A stretch of DNA of 64,000 nucleotides, from IMG/VR virus record IMGVR_UViG_3300042380_000637, positions 3,921 through 67,920 of that record, one strand, 5' to 3'. The position numbers were made by a program, and so were the translations under genes. The stretch is from a virus. A model generated the notes under the pieces. The model had not been told where the DNA came from and searched no databases. It was given only the letters and a program-made list of their open reading frames with translations. Shown here piece by piece: positions 46,110 to 55,637 of this stretch (positions within the stretch are counted from its first letter, which is position 1; each line of letters starts with the position of its first letter).

Positions 46110-49100
46110 TTATTGTGTGACTGCTGTGTTAGACTTAATCTCAATAAAATTTAATTTATCAAAATCATTTGCATCGAATACAAAGGTAGAATATAAAATC
46201 CTACTTTCTATAACTTTTCCATCCATTCCATCACCGCCCCCAACAGTGCTTCTACGCACAGCTGCATTGTACTCCCCTTTTCTTTTTATCCACCAACTAT
46301 TTTTAATCTCGGTTTTGTAGTAGAAACCTTCTGCGCTACCCACTTCAAGTTGTGTGTATATGGGCTTTGGGCCAAACACCCTTACAGAATTCCACTGTTT
46401 GATTACGGTGGGGTATTCATTTGTTATAAGCTCAACCACCGGATTATACTTCACTCCAAAAAACTTATTCTCTTCTACATTTACGGAAGATGCGTACAGC
46501 AATCCATTTAAGAAAAAATATGTTTTTGCGGGAGTTCCAATAATCATTTCGGGTGTAGCCTGTAACCCATCAAAGTATTCTCTATATCCTTGAAATGTTT
46601 TAAACCTTTCACTAAACACAAAAGAATCACCTCCATTAGGGGTCATTATGGCTTCATCCATTAGGAAGTCATATCCAGTAACTACGCTCTTCCCTTCTGA
46701 GGCTATTCTTGCTTTGTTGGCAAACATGTATGTAAGACCAAGCCTTTCAAGGCCCGCCCTGCTATACCGTATAAAATCATTTACTACATCGCTCCACCAG
46801 TATACACTTCCAAATGTAGTTTTACTTATGCTTAACTGATTGCTTGTGCCAAACTGTCCTATAAGTGGACGCTGGGAAGCTAAGTGCTGGTCGGTTGTAG
46901 CAAGGTTTGTGGTTCCGTCTACATTTGTAAGCTGTACAGCGTTATAATAAAAACTATTTACGCCAAGCGTCCCTATAGCAAGCAATACTCCGGGTTGGTC
47001 TTGTTGGGCGTTTGTAAGAACTAAACTTATAAGTTCTCCGTTTTCAGCAGGTGTTTGCCGAATATTGAGCGGATTAAAACGATTAAGATTATTAATCTTA
47101 CTGCCAACATTAAAGCTATCGCTAAACGCAATACTATATGGATATTTTATAGGAATCGTTGTCCCTGTGTCGGCGATGTTTTCTAAACCAAAGTCAGTAT
47201 TCCATTTTTCGTCATAAATATCCGTTGGATTCATTGAATAAAACCAACCCGTATATGTATACCCTTTATCCGACCATGTGGTGTTTTCTTGTACAACCCA
47301 CAACCCTAAACCACTATTATAACTTATAAATTTGTATCTTGGTATATTTTGTGGAAGAATTTCTTTTTGTACATATGCTAAATAACAATCACCAAAAATT
47401 CTATATGATGTGTTTGTTATAGCTTGTGCCGGAACATCGTAAAAAACTACTTCCTGTTCTTTCTTTTTTGTGTATATTTCTACAGCATGATATACAGGCA
47501 GGATTTGGCCCGTAACCCCTGTGTTAGCTACATACCCAGCATAAAACTTAATATCGGAAAAATTTTCTTCTATTAATAGAACACTTCCTCCTATTTGCCC
47601 TACAATTTTATATTCAATTGGTTCAAACAACTCTTTTTGAAACCGCCCAACAGATACATTTTCATCTCTATGCGCCTGCAAGGTTTTTGATAATCTTACA
47701 TATTGTTCTTCTTTTTCATCATATACAAATGGCACATTATCGCACAATTCTAATCCGTATCCTCTAAATACATAATTTGCGTCTGTATTTGCCCTGCGTA
47801 TAGTTTTTAAAATATCGCCTTGATTAGTTCCTTGATATGTAAAATTTTTAAAATTTTTAATACTCAATTGCGTTTCTACAAAAATTGAATCTACTAAATT
47901 GTGTTGATACCAGTAATATAATCTTACAATGGTTTTATTAAAAAATTGTACGCTTTGATTTTTTGACATACAAAAACGAACATATTTCGCATGCGAAGGA
48001 AGTTGTCCTGTTATAGATAGGTCTAAATGATAATAATTATATATATTGGGCCATATTCCCGAAACCCCTATATCATCGGTTATTACAGTTGCTGAGTTTG
48101 CTGGATATGGCGAATCCATTGTTATAGATTGATTTGTAATTTCTCCGGTCCAACATCCTTGTTTTGGCGCTGGGAAAGTAACCGTTGTAGTGTTAATTAC
48201 GGGAGAGCATCTTCCATATTCGTCAATGAGCTGCATGCCAACTGAATATGTAGATGATGGTCGAAAGGTTTTATAATTATCTAAATTAAAAAACTTTTCA
48301 GATGTCCATCCAGCATTTATGATAGGTCTTAGAGCTGTATCTTGACCTATTGTTGCAGTAAGCTTTACTGTTCCATAGCTATCGTAATCTAATTTTACAT
48401 TCGCATGGTTAAGAATATTATTTGCAATTGTGTTGTTTCTTGACAATAAAGGCACACTATCATATCTTTGCGAATAAACATCTGCTGGTGTTGGCAGTTT
48501 ATCCACGCCATCAACACGTGAAATTGTATATTTTATTGGAAACCAATTAATAGCCCCCGTTGCCGGAGGCCAAGGGACATCTGTAAGCTTAAATTTATAA
48601 ATATTATATATTACACCTTCATTTCCCTGCCTCATTACAAACACCACCTCTTTAACGATTGTATTTGTATAAATATTCAAATAATTAAACTCGCTTGATG
48701 GAATGCTTATTGTTAGATTAGCAATTTGATATATTGCTTTAGTCCACGGCGCTAATCTACTTTCCTCATTATTGTCGTATACATAATAATAACTGAATTG
48801 ATATGGAACATCTACAATCCAGTTTCTATTTTTAAATTGTGGCACATTAGCATCTAATGTTATCCAATAAAAATTAAATACATTTACTGGTGGTAGAACC
48901 ACTCCTTCATACTCAATATTCATCACCCCCTGTGGCGTTCTTTTAATTTGGGAATATGCCCAAAGGGATTGATTTGGTGCGTTTGGAATTATAAGAGGGT
49001 AAAATAATAATCCCTTATCAAAAGGGCTTGCAGTTGTGTTGTTATAAGTCTCAATGGCTTTTTTAACATTTACCATACGAGGCTCGTTTACATTATCTGT

Positions 49101-49535
49101 CCAGTATAGTTTGCCATCAATATATGCTATTGATACATTTCCATCTTTTTGAAAGTTAAGCCACTGCCCCATTACCACTGTAGTGGCAATGTCTGTCCTA
49201 ATATTAATTTGAATGATTTGATGCCTATTGTCAAATTGACCCGTTACTGGGCTTTCTCTGTATATAGCAACATATATATTGTTTTCCTCGTAGTCAATAA
49301 AATACCCCGTGGCTTTAGGATTGCTGGCAGTGGGCGTAAATCCTTCTGCTTTATATGGATTGACTTGCTCATTTGCCAGTGTGATTTCTTCAATACCATT
49401 TACCAATATACCCCCGCTCAAATTACTATTATCATCAGATGAGCCAAAGCGTAAATTTTTTACACTACGCGCCTGATTTGGCTTTATTACCCTATCATCC
49501 AAATCCGGAGCAACGCTATTAATTCTGTGTATCAT
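46110..49535 (-). CDS. tail stabilisation/nozzle protein (P22 gp10-like, crAss-type)
   Basis: N-terminal PDLDDRVIKP..ARSVKNLR, LYWTDNVNEPR, FSYYYVYDNNEES; C-terminal KRKGEYNA. Confidence 0.75.
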   Translation of the reverse strand: MIHRINSVAPDLDDRVIKPNQARSVKNLRFGSSDDNSNLSGGILVNGIEEITLANEQVNPYKAEGFTPTASNPKATGYFIDYEENNIYVAIYRESPVTGQFDNRHQIIQINIRTDIATTVVMGQWLNFQKDGNVSIAYIDGKLYWTDNVNEPRMVNVKKAIETYNNTTASPFDKGLLFYPLIIPNAPNQSLWAYSQIKRTPQGVMNIEYEGVVLPPVNVFNFYWITLDANVPQFKNRNWIVDVPYQFSYYYVYDNNEESRLAPWTKAIYQIANLTISIPSSEFNYLNIYTNTIVKEVVFVMRQGNEGVIYNIYKFKLTDVPWPPATGAINWFPIKYTISRVDGVDKLPTPADVYSQRYDSVPLLSRNNTIANNILNHANVKLDYDSYGTVKLTATIGQDTALRPIINAGWTSEKFFNLDNYKTFRPSSTYSVGMQLIDEYGRCSPVINTTTVTFPAPKQGCWTGEITNQSITMDSPYPANSATVITDDIGVSGIWPNIYNYYHLDLSITGQLPSHAKYVRFCMSKNQSVQFFNKTIVRLYYWYQHNLVDSIFVETQLSIKNFKNFTYQGTNQGDILKTIRRANTDANYVFRGYGLELCDNVPFVYDEKEEQYVRLSKTLQAHRDENVSVGRFQKELFEPIEYKIVGQIGGSVLLIEENFSDIKFYAGYVANTGVTGQILPVYHAVEIYTKKKEQEVVFYDVPAQAITNTSYRIFGDCYLAYVQKEILPQNIPRYKFISYNSGLGLWVVQENTTWSDKGYTYTGWFYSMNPTDIYDEKWNTDFGLENIADTGTTIPIKYPYSIAFSDSFNVGSKINNLNRFNPLNIRQTPAENGELISLVLTNAQQDQPGVLLAIGTLGVNSFYYNAVQLTNVDGTTNLATTDQHLASQRPLIGQFGTSNQLSISKTTFGSVYWWSDVVNDFIRYSRAGLERLGLTYMFANKARIASEGKSVVTGYDFLMDEAIMTPNGGDSFVFSERFKTFQGYREYFDGLQATPEMIIGTPAKTYFFLNGLLYASSVNVEENKFFGVKYNPVVELITNEYPTVIKQWNSVRVFGPKPIYTQLEVGSAEGFYYKTEIKNSWWIKRKGEYNAAVRRSTVGGGDGMDGKVIESRILYSTFVFDANDFDKLNFIEIKSNTAVTQ

Positions 49536-52500
49536 TTTTTGCTTTTAAGTATTTCTGTCAAGTCAATTTCAATTGGGTCAAAATCATATTGGGTTGAGGC
49601 CGCAGCAGCATTGCGAGCGCTTTGTTTGATTTTCGAATCTGGCATCCCCTCTCTATCCTCCTTTAAATATGCATATTCCTCATTATAGTTTTTTTGAAAT
49701 AGCTGATAAAATCTGGCTGCGTTTTTAGCTGGTACATAATAGCCCTTGTCCCCTTCTCTCCACGCCATAAAATGCAGGACATCATCCGGAACGCCAGCGC
49801 GTCTTATCTCATCCACATAAGATTTGTACTGCGTAGGGTTGTTATGACGCATAGCTTTAAATACATCTTCATTCCCTTCTGCGGACAACAAATTCTTTAC
49901 GGCCTGCATTTTGAGCTTGAGGATATAATATGCATCTCCCATTTTTAAGAACATAGAGGCTGCCATGCCCATAGTGTATGCCAAATACTCATTGTCTTTT
50001 GATTCAGCCGCTTTCCATACATTTTCAAACATTGGGACAACAACGCCTATTGGTCCGGGAAGTTGGTCTGCTCTTTTGAATATAAGCTCCACTTTCTTTT
50101 TAGCATCCTCCTCTGTTTCCGCGTATTTGTCTTGCATATACTCAACAAACCAATTGGTGCTAAGTTTAATGCTATCGCTGTATACGGATGGCAACCATCC
50201 GGTAGCAATATCCATCAACACTTGAGCAGGGGTTTGATACCAATACTTGTCTCTTCTTTCCTGCTTAGCTTTCGGGTCTTCTTCTTCAAGCCAATCTAAG
50301 TCTCTGCCCATTTCTCGTATGCCTTCGTATATTGCCTTAGACGCTACTTGGAACATGATTTGTTGTACAATGAATCCACCCGCCTGTGTCCATGCAACAC
50401 GCTTTTGGTAAGCCGTATAACCGGGGCTGACAATTATTTTAACATTATTAAAAAACTCATTTACGGCCACAAAAGTGTATGTTCCCAAGAAGTAGAGGAA
50501 TTTTTTCATGGCTTTTGCCTCTTTCAGTTCCATAGGCAAAAAATGCCTGTTCGCTGTACTGTTTGCGGCTTCTGCGTTATTCTCCGCTGCAGCAAGTGCA
50601 GTTGTATCAAACCCGTTCTCCGCATCATTTATAATCTGCATACCATTACCAGAATACTTGCGCTCTGCAAGGTACTCGCTAAGCAACAGGACGCGTTGTG
50701 TAAATCGATTGGCAGCAATCAGCGTTTGAGGCCGGAGAAAATCCAATGCGTTATTCACCCCACGCACATATTTGTTTGGCTGCACCTGATAGGCTGTCTC
50801 TAACTCTATGTGTGCAAGCTGACTGGTATATGGTTCACTTGTATTGTTAAAGAATTTATTTAACGCCGCTTTAAGCTGTGGATTTGTTGGAGCTAATGCC
50901 AATAACTTAATGGCTTCCATAGACGACTTTGGATTTGTTACAAATCCTTGCGTTACGGCCATTGGCTGTTTAATTAGCTGAGTGAAATTATTTAGAATAG
51001 TGGTGGTAGCTGCATCCATCAGAATGCTTGTTGCTTTTTGCCAATCATTTCTTGTGTCTACAAATAGCAATGGGTCTTTTAGTATTCCGGCTACACTACT
51101 AACAATGTATCTCTTCAGGTTTGTGTTTGTTTCCTGATTATCTACCAGCGTAGTTTTATTCACCAGTGCATTTGTATACGCATATTCTGCAGACATATTG
51201 GATGTCGCATTTATATCCCACAATCCATTCACCAGCGTTTCGTATCCGTCCAACACATAAAACGCGCCCATTCTTGGCATCAAGCTACGGCCCCTATTCC
51301 TGCCCGCAATCTCATTGCTTTGATTAACGCCCTCTTCACCAAGGTTGCCCATTCTTGGCAATTGCGTGGATGGGTCTTCAAGTGTAGAAACACGCTCTGC
51401 TGTCCTTATTAAGTTTCTGGGCCAGTAGGATTGTATTTCATCAAAGTCTCTTCCATGATATGACTGCATAGCTGCTGCGTATTCCGGAAACTTGCTTTGC
51501 AATATCTCTCTGCTATACTCCCATGCAGCTTTTACCTTGTCGCTCACATTAGCCTCCAAGTCAAAGTTCTCGTTTGCTTTCCATGTGTTATCCACCATGC
51601 TAATTACCCCAAGCTTCACAAGTGCCTGTGTTGCTCCTGTATAATAATGGCGATACATTTCTACTGTTTCACTATCGCTGCCATACTTTTTTGCATTTTC
51701 AATCCGAGACTTCAAATCATTCATTTGGTCTACAAGCACATCCACCTTTAACCCAATTGTTTGATTGCCGCTTAACTCTTTTAAAAATGCGTATGCGCCA
51801 AGAACAAATCTGTCTTCCAGATTGATACCCAGTTTGTCAAACTTTACATCTATCTCTAACCTTTGCTTATTGTTTTCCGCTGTAGTGGCAGCAGCTTTTC
51901 TATCCCATCCGCCAAACAATATGCGCCTTACATCTGCTGCATCAATCCCCTCAAACTGAAGTTTTGCAGAAATGCCGCCAGCTGCAAGCCTTTTTAGCTT
52001 TGCAATTATAGGAGACTTTCTAAGTTTAGCAGCATCATTTAGCGCTCGTACAGTTTCAACAATATTTCCGAGGTCGTATACAATACCCGTTTCATCAAAT
52101 GCTTTTAGAGCGTTTAATATCCTTTGCAGGCTGTCTTTTTGTTTGCCAAGTACAGACAGGTCCATGCGGGACAACTCCGCAGCAAGCGGTAGTCTGCTGC
52201 TAAAATCAGCCAATGCTTGTTCTACAGAAAATTGAAGCATAGCCACTGTTGTGGCTCTTCTTCCCGCAGCAGATGAGCGAGTTCTTTTTGGCCTGCGTGT
52301 TCCCACTTCCTCAAAGAAATCCATCATTTCCTGTGCAGTGTATTTTCCGGCTCTGCTTGACAACCTACTTTCATAAAAGTCTGTAGCCATAGCAATAACC
52401 TTGTCCATCTCCTCTTCGGAAAGTAAATAGAAACGCGGCGTTGCTAATTTCCCGGCAAGTTGTTTGTCGTATATTGTAAGCTTCTTACTATTGCGTATGC

Positions 52501-55147
52501 TCTTTAACTTGCGGAAAGCAACCTTTGCTTTTGCCAGCTTTTCCATCAAGTTCTTCTTTTCGGCAAGATTGTTTACAAACTCTATTGCCTCCTGCAGGGC
52601 TTCTTCACTTACAAGAAAATTCCTAAAGTGATGCATTAGCTGCTTTGCCTGAGCGGCTGTAAGCTTTTGTGCCGCACGCAATTTGTCTATATGGTTGGCA
52701 AGAAATTGCGCATCACTCACCGCTTCATATCGCTCGTCAATTTGTGCATTAACAGCATTAATATCTTCTTGAGATATTCCATCCTGCTGCATCACATTTG
52801 TTGCGGCTTCTTTTGCGTCTGCAATATTAAGTCCTTTGATTGCTTCGTATATACGTTTTCTTGTTGCAATAGGGATGGCAACCCCAAACAGTATGGCTTC
52901 TACTGGAGGAGCAGAAGGTGTTCCTGTTGGCTTTTCTGTGCTTCTTTGAAACGCCTTTCTTATTTCTGCTCCTATCTGCGCGAAGCTTTCATTTGCTATA
53001 GCCGGAGATAGAATCCCGCTATTAATCAGTTCGGTTTTAACAGAGTTAACCGCAGCTGTAAATGCGCTTGTGTCCATAGCTTTCATTGTTCCCACAATTC
53101 CTGATACGGCTATTGCGGCAATAATGGCTGTTTTCTTTATCTGGTCGCCAAGCGTTTTAATGAAATCTTTTGCTGCGCCCGTATACTGTTGTATACCAAC
53201 TCCGCCTTTTGTCAAATAGATTTTTACATCTTCTTTAATGGCTTCCATAAGATTGCCAAACTTTTTAGCAATCTTACCAGCGGCTTGCGTTCTATAGGCA
53301 TCTTTACCCAGAAGCATTCTCCTGTTTTCTGGCGTAATCTCTTTATCGGTAAGTGTTGTGCCAAGAACCTCATCAATCTTTTCGGATATAATAGCATCTG
53401 CTTGCTCAGGCGTAAACAGAACATTGCCGGGAGGGGCTATTAATGGAGCCGCCTCCATTTCCGCAATCTCTTGCCCGTATACAATACTGCCAGCAATAAA
53501 GTCGGCAAACTCACCCAGCTTCATGTCCTTCAGCTTTTCAGGAGATATATTAATCTTTAATATATCGCCCACTTTCTGCCACATTGTTTTAAGCCAGTCC
53601 AAGAACTTGTCTTTTGATGAATATGATAGTTTTGCCCCCCTATCCCCCACTGCTTGCGCTAATGCTTCTGCATATGTTTCTTCTTTTGTTTTAAAAGCAT
53701 AGCCCAATGATTTTAGGCGTTTTTCGTATTCACTACCCTTCACCAACTCAATGCCGCGATTGTATACATCAGGAGCTACTTCTTTAAGCATTGGCAAGAA
53801 TATATGCCCGGCTATTTCGTGTATAGGAGTTTCGCTACCAACGGCTGTTGGGTCAATGTATATTTTATATGTTCCGTCTTTTTCTTTTGCAACAAATCCA
53901 AGAACTTTTCCATCTGTAGATTTGAGATAGTCGTAATCCATATAATCGCTGTCCAACTCTTTCCAGTTGAACTCTTTCATCATTTTCTCATATGCTTCAG
54001 ACGACCCGCTTAGTATTTCTCCGTTAGACCCAATGTAAAAATCTTTTCCTTCAACAAGTATGCGTCTTGTTTTTGAAACTATTTGATTGATGCGAGGGAC
54101 ATCTTCTGTGCTTTCCAAAAGCGTTCTTAACTTTGTGGCTGGCGACATAGACATCCTTTCCTGCACATTTCTTGCTTCGGTTTCGCCCGCTAAATGTTTA
54201 TATAATGTATACGACCAATCTATATCTTCATTTTCTGCAATAAATGCTTCTAAATTTGCTCCTAATGCAAAACCCTCTTTATATTGTATATAATGTTGTA
54301 TTTCGTGGTTTAATGTGGAATTAATATCGTCTATATTAATATCCTCAACATCCATTCCCTGTAGATATATTTCAATTATATTGTTTTCATAATTAAAATT
54401 TCCATTCTTGTTTGTACCTTCTTGTCCAGCAAGCGGATAAACAATAACATCAATCTGTTTTGCCTCTGGATATTTTTTTAAAACTTCGCTATTTGAATTT
54501 ATTAAATCCCCTAACTTAAAATAAGTGTTAAATTGTTCTGTATCCTCCTCTGCCGCCTCTAAATCCATAAGCATCATTTCATTGTTTTGAACAATCATAT
54601 TAAATGCTGATTTCTTTATTTGGGCATCTCCAATTTCATATTTCCAATCGCCATCGGCTCCACGCTCCCATCCCGTTTGAAGTTTAATGTCTAATGGAGC
54701 AGTTCCCTTTTGTTCAAGCTCATTTGCAATACCAAACTTTACGGCAGCGCGTAAGTCATTTCTGGTCATGTTGAATCCTGCAATAAGTTTGCTAAGGTCG
54801 TTTCTTGTTGCAAGCATTTGCTTTGCCTGCTCTACAGATAAAAACTCCACCTTCGGCCTTAACCCCATTGCCTTTGTGATTGCGTCAAATCCGGCTTTGA
54901 TTCGTTGTGTGGCCTTAGACAACACCACCTTATTCTTTTCGGTTTGCTTTGTTGTAGCTGCTGTTGCAGGCTTAGCTTCTGTTGTCGCTACGGGCGTGAC
55001 AGCAGTGGCCTTATACGCAAGAACCGAAGGAGCAAGGTCTTTTGCAACGCTGCTCCACCAAGAATGGTTTCTTAATAAATAAGCGCGGAACTCATCATAA
55101 GAATAATCTTTTTTTGAGTTCTGGGGGGTGTATAAACAATCTTTCAT
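49532..55147 (-). CDS. large polyvalent virion protein with LPD23-like and zincin-like domains
   Basis: TGWERGADGDWKYEI, HEIQHYIQ..EGF, YKHLAGETEARNVQER, second HEIAGH...EALA motif. Confidence 0.75.
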   Translation of the reverse strand: MKDCLYTPQNSKKDYSYDEFRAYLLRNHSWWSSVAKDLAPSVLAYKATAVTPVATTEAKPATAATTKQTEKNKVVLSKATQRIKAGFDAITKAMGLRPKVEFLSVEQAKQMLATRNDLSKLIAGFNMTRNDLRAAVKFGIANELEQKGTAPLDIKLQTGWERGADGDWKYEIGDAQIKKSAFNMIVQNNEMMLMDLEAAEEDTEQFNTYFKLGDLINSNSEVLKKYPEAKQIDVIVYPLAGQEGTNKNGNFNYENNIIEIYLQGMDVEDINIDDINSTLNHEIQHYIQYKEGFALGANLEAFIAENEDIDWSYTLYKHLAGETEARNVQERMSMSPATKLRTLLESTEDVPRINQIVSKTRRILVEGKDFYIGSNGEILSGSSEAYEKMMKEFNWKELDSDYMDYDYLKSTDGKVLGFVAKEKDGTYKIYIDPTAVGSETPIHEIAGHIFLPMLKEVAPDVYNRGIELVKGSEYEKRLKSLGYAFKTKEETYAEALAQAVGDRGAKLSYSSKDKFLDWLKTMWQKVGDILKINISPEKLKDMKLGEFADFIAGSIVYGQEIAEMEAAPLIAPPGNVLFTPEQADAIISEKIDEVLGTTLTDKEITPENRRMLLGKDAYRTQAAGKIAKKFGNLMEAIKEDVKIYLTKGGVGIQQYTGAAKDFIKTLGDQIKKTAIIAAIAVSGIVGTMKAMDTSAFTAAVNSVKTELINSGILSPAIANESFAQIGAEIRKAFQRSTEKPTGTPSAPPVEAILFGVAIPIATRKRIYEAIKGLNIADAKEAATNVMQQDGISQEDINAVNAQIDERYEAVSDAQFLANHIDKLRAAQKLTAAQAKQLMHHFRNFLVSEEALQEAIEFVNNLAEKKNLMEKLAKAKVAFRKLKSIRNSKKLTIYDKQLAGKLATPRFYLLSEEEMDKVIAMATDFYESRLSSRAGKYTAQEMMDFFEEVGTRRPKRTRSSAAGRRATTVAMLQFSVEQALADFSSRLPLAAELSRMDLSVLGKQKDSLQRILNALKAFDETGIVYDLGNIVETVRALNDAAKLRKSPIIAKLKRLAAGGISAKLQFEGIDAADVRRILFGGWDRKAAATTAENNKQRLEIDVKFDKLGINLEDRFVLGAYAFLKELSGNQTIGLKVDVLVDQMNDLKSRIENAKKYGSDSETVEMYRHYYTGATQALVKLGVISMVDNTWKANENFDLEANVSDKVKAAWEYSREILQSKFPEYAAAMQSYHGRDFDEIQSYWPRNLIRTAERVSTLEDPSTQLPRMGNLGEEGVNQSNEIAGRNRGRSLMPRMGAFYVLDGYETLVNGLWDINATSNMSAEYAYTNALVNKTTLVDNQETNTNLKRYIVSSVAGILKDPLLFVDTRNDWQKATSILMDAATTTILNNFTQLIKQPMAVTQGFVTNPKSSMEAIKLLALAPTNPQLKAALNKFFNNTSEPYTSQLAHIELETAYQVQPNKYVRGVNNALDFLRPQTLIAANRFTQRVLLLSEYLAERKYSGNGMQIINDAENGFDTTALAAAENNAEAANSTANRHFLPMELKEAKAMKKFLYFLGTYTFVAVNEFFNNVKIIVSPGYTAYQKRVAWTQAGGFIVQQIMFQVASKAIYEGIREMGRDLDWLEEEDPKAKQERRDKYWYQTPAQVLMDIATGWLPSVYSDSIKLSTNWFVEYMQDKYAETEEDAKKKVELIFKRADQLPGPIGVVVPMFENVWKAAESKDNEYLAYTMGMAASMFLKMGDAYYILKLKMQAVKNLLSAEGNEDVFKAMRHNNPTQYKSYVDEIRRAGVPDDVLHFMAWREGDKGYYVPAKNAARFYQLFQKNYNEEYAYLKEDREGMPDSKIKQSARNAAAASTQYDFDPIEIDLTEILKSKK

Positions 55148-55635
55148 TTTGCAAGCTCACCGAGTTCTTTGTCAAAAATCAATATATCCGATGCTTTAGA
55201 AAACCTTGCAATAAGGTCGCCGTATTCCCCAACAGACTTGCGTTGTATATTGACAAAATCAATAAGCGCCACCTGCACTGCTGGAGCTTTTGCGTTGGTA
55301 TAAAATTTTGAATAGAATTCGTATAGCTCCAACTCCAGTTGGTAGGCCGCCTCCAATACGCATTTCAGGCAATCGTCTTCCTTTAATGGCTGTGGCTCGT
55401 CAATAGCAGGAGTTTCAATCTCGCACCCCATATCATTTACAAAATCGCGCAGCATATAATAATGCTCAATCTCGTCCCCGCTTTCTTTTTCGAAAAACTT
55501 CTGTGCGCCAAACAGTCCGGATTTTTGCATGCAAGCTGCGACATACTTATAGTAGTTGCTTGCATATAGTTCGTGTTGAGCTGCCTCGTTTAACAGCTCT
55601 TTGTCGGATGATGAGAGAAGAGATTTAGGATTCAT
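55144..55635 (-). CDS. ferritin-like protein
   Basis: HELYASNYY, FFEKESGDEIEH, AYQLE, IQRKS ferroxidase-type four-helix pattern. Confidence 0.85.
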   Translation of the reverse strand: MNPKSLLSSSDKELLNEAAQHELYASNYYKYVAACMQKSGLFGAQKFFEKESGDEIEHYYMLRDFVNDMGCEIETPAIDEPQPLKEDDCLKCVLEAAYQLELELYEFYSKFYTNAKAPAVQVALIDFVNIQRKSVGEYGDLIARFSKASDILIFDKELGELAK

Positions 55636-55637
55636 GC

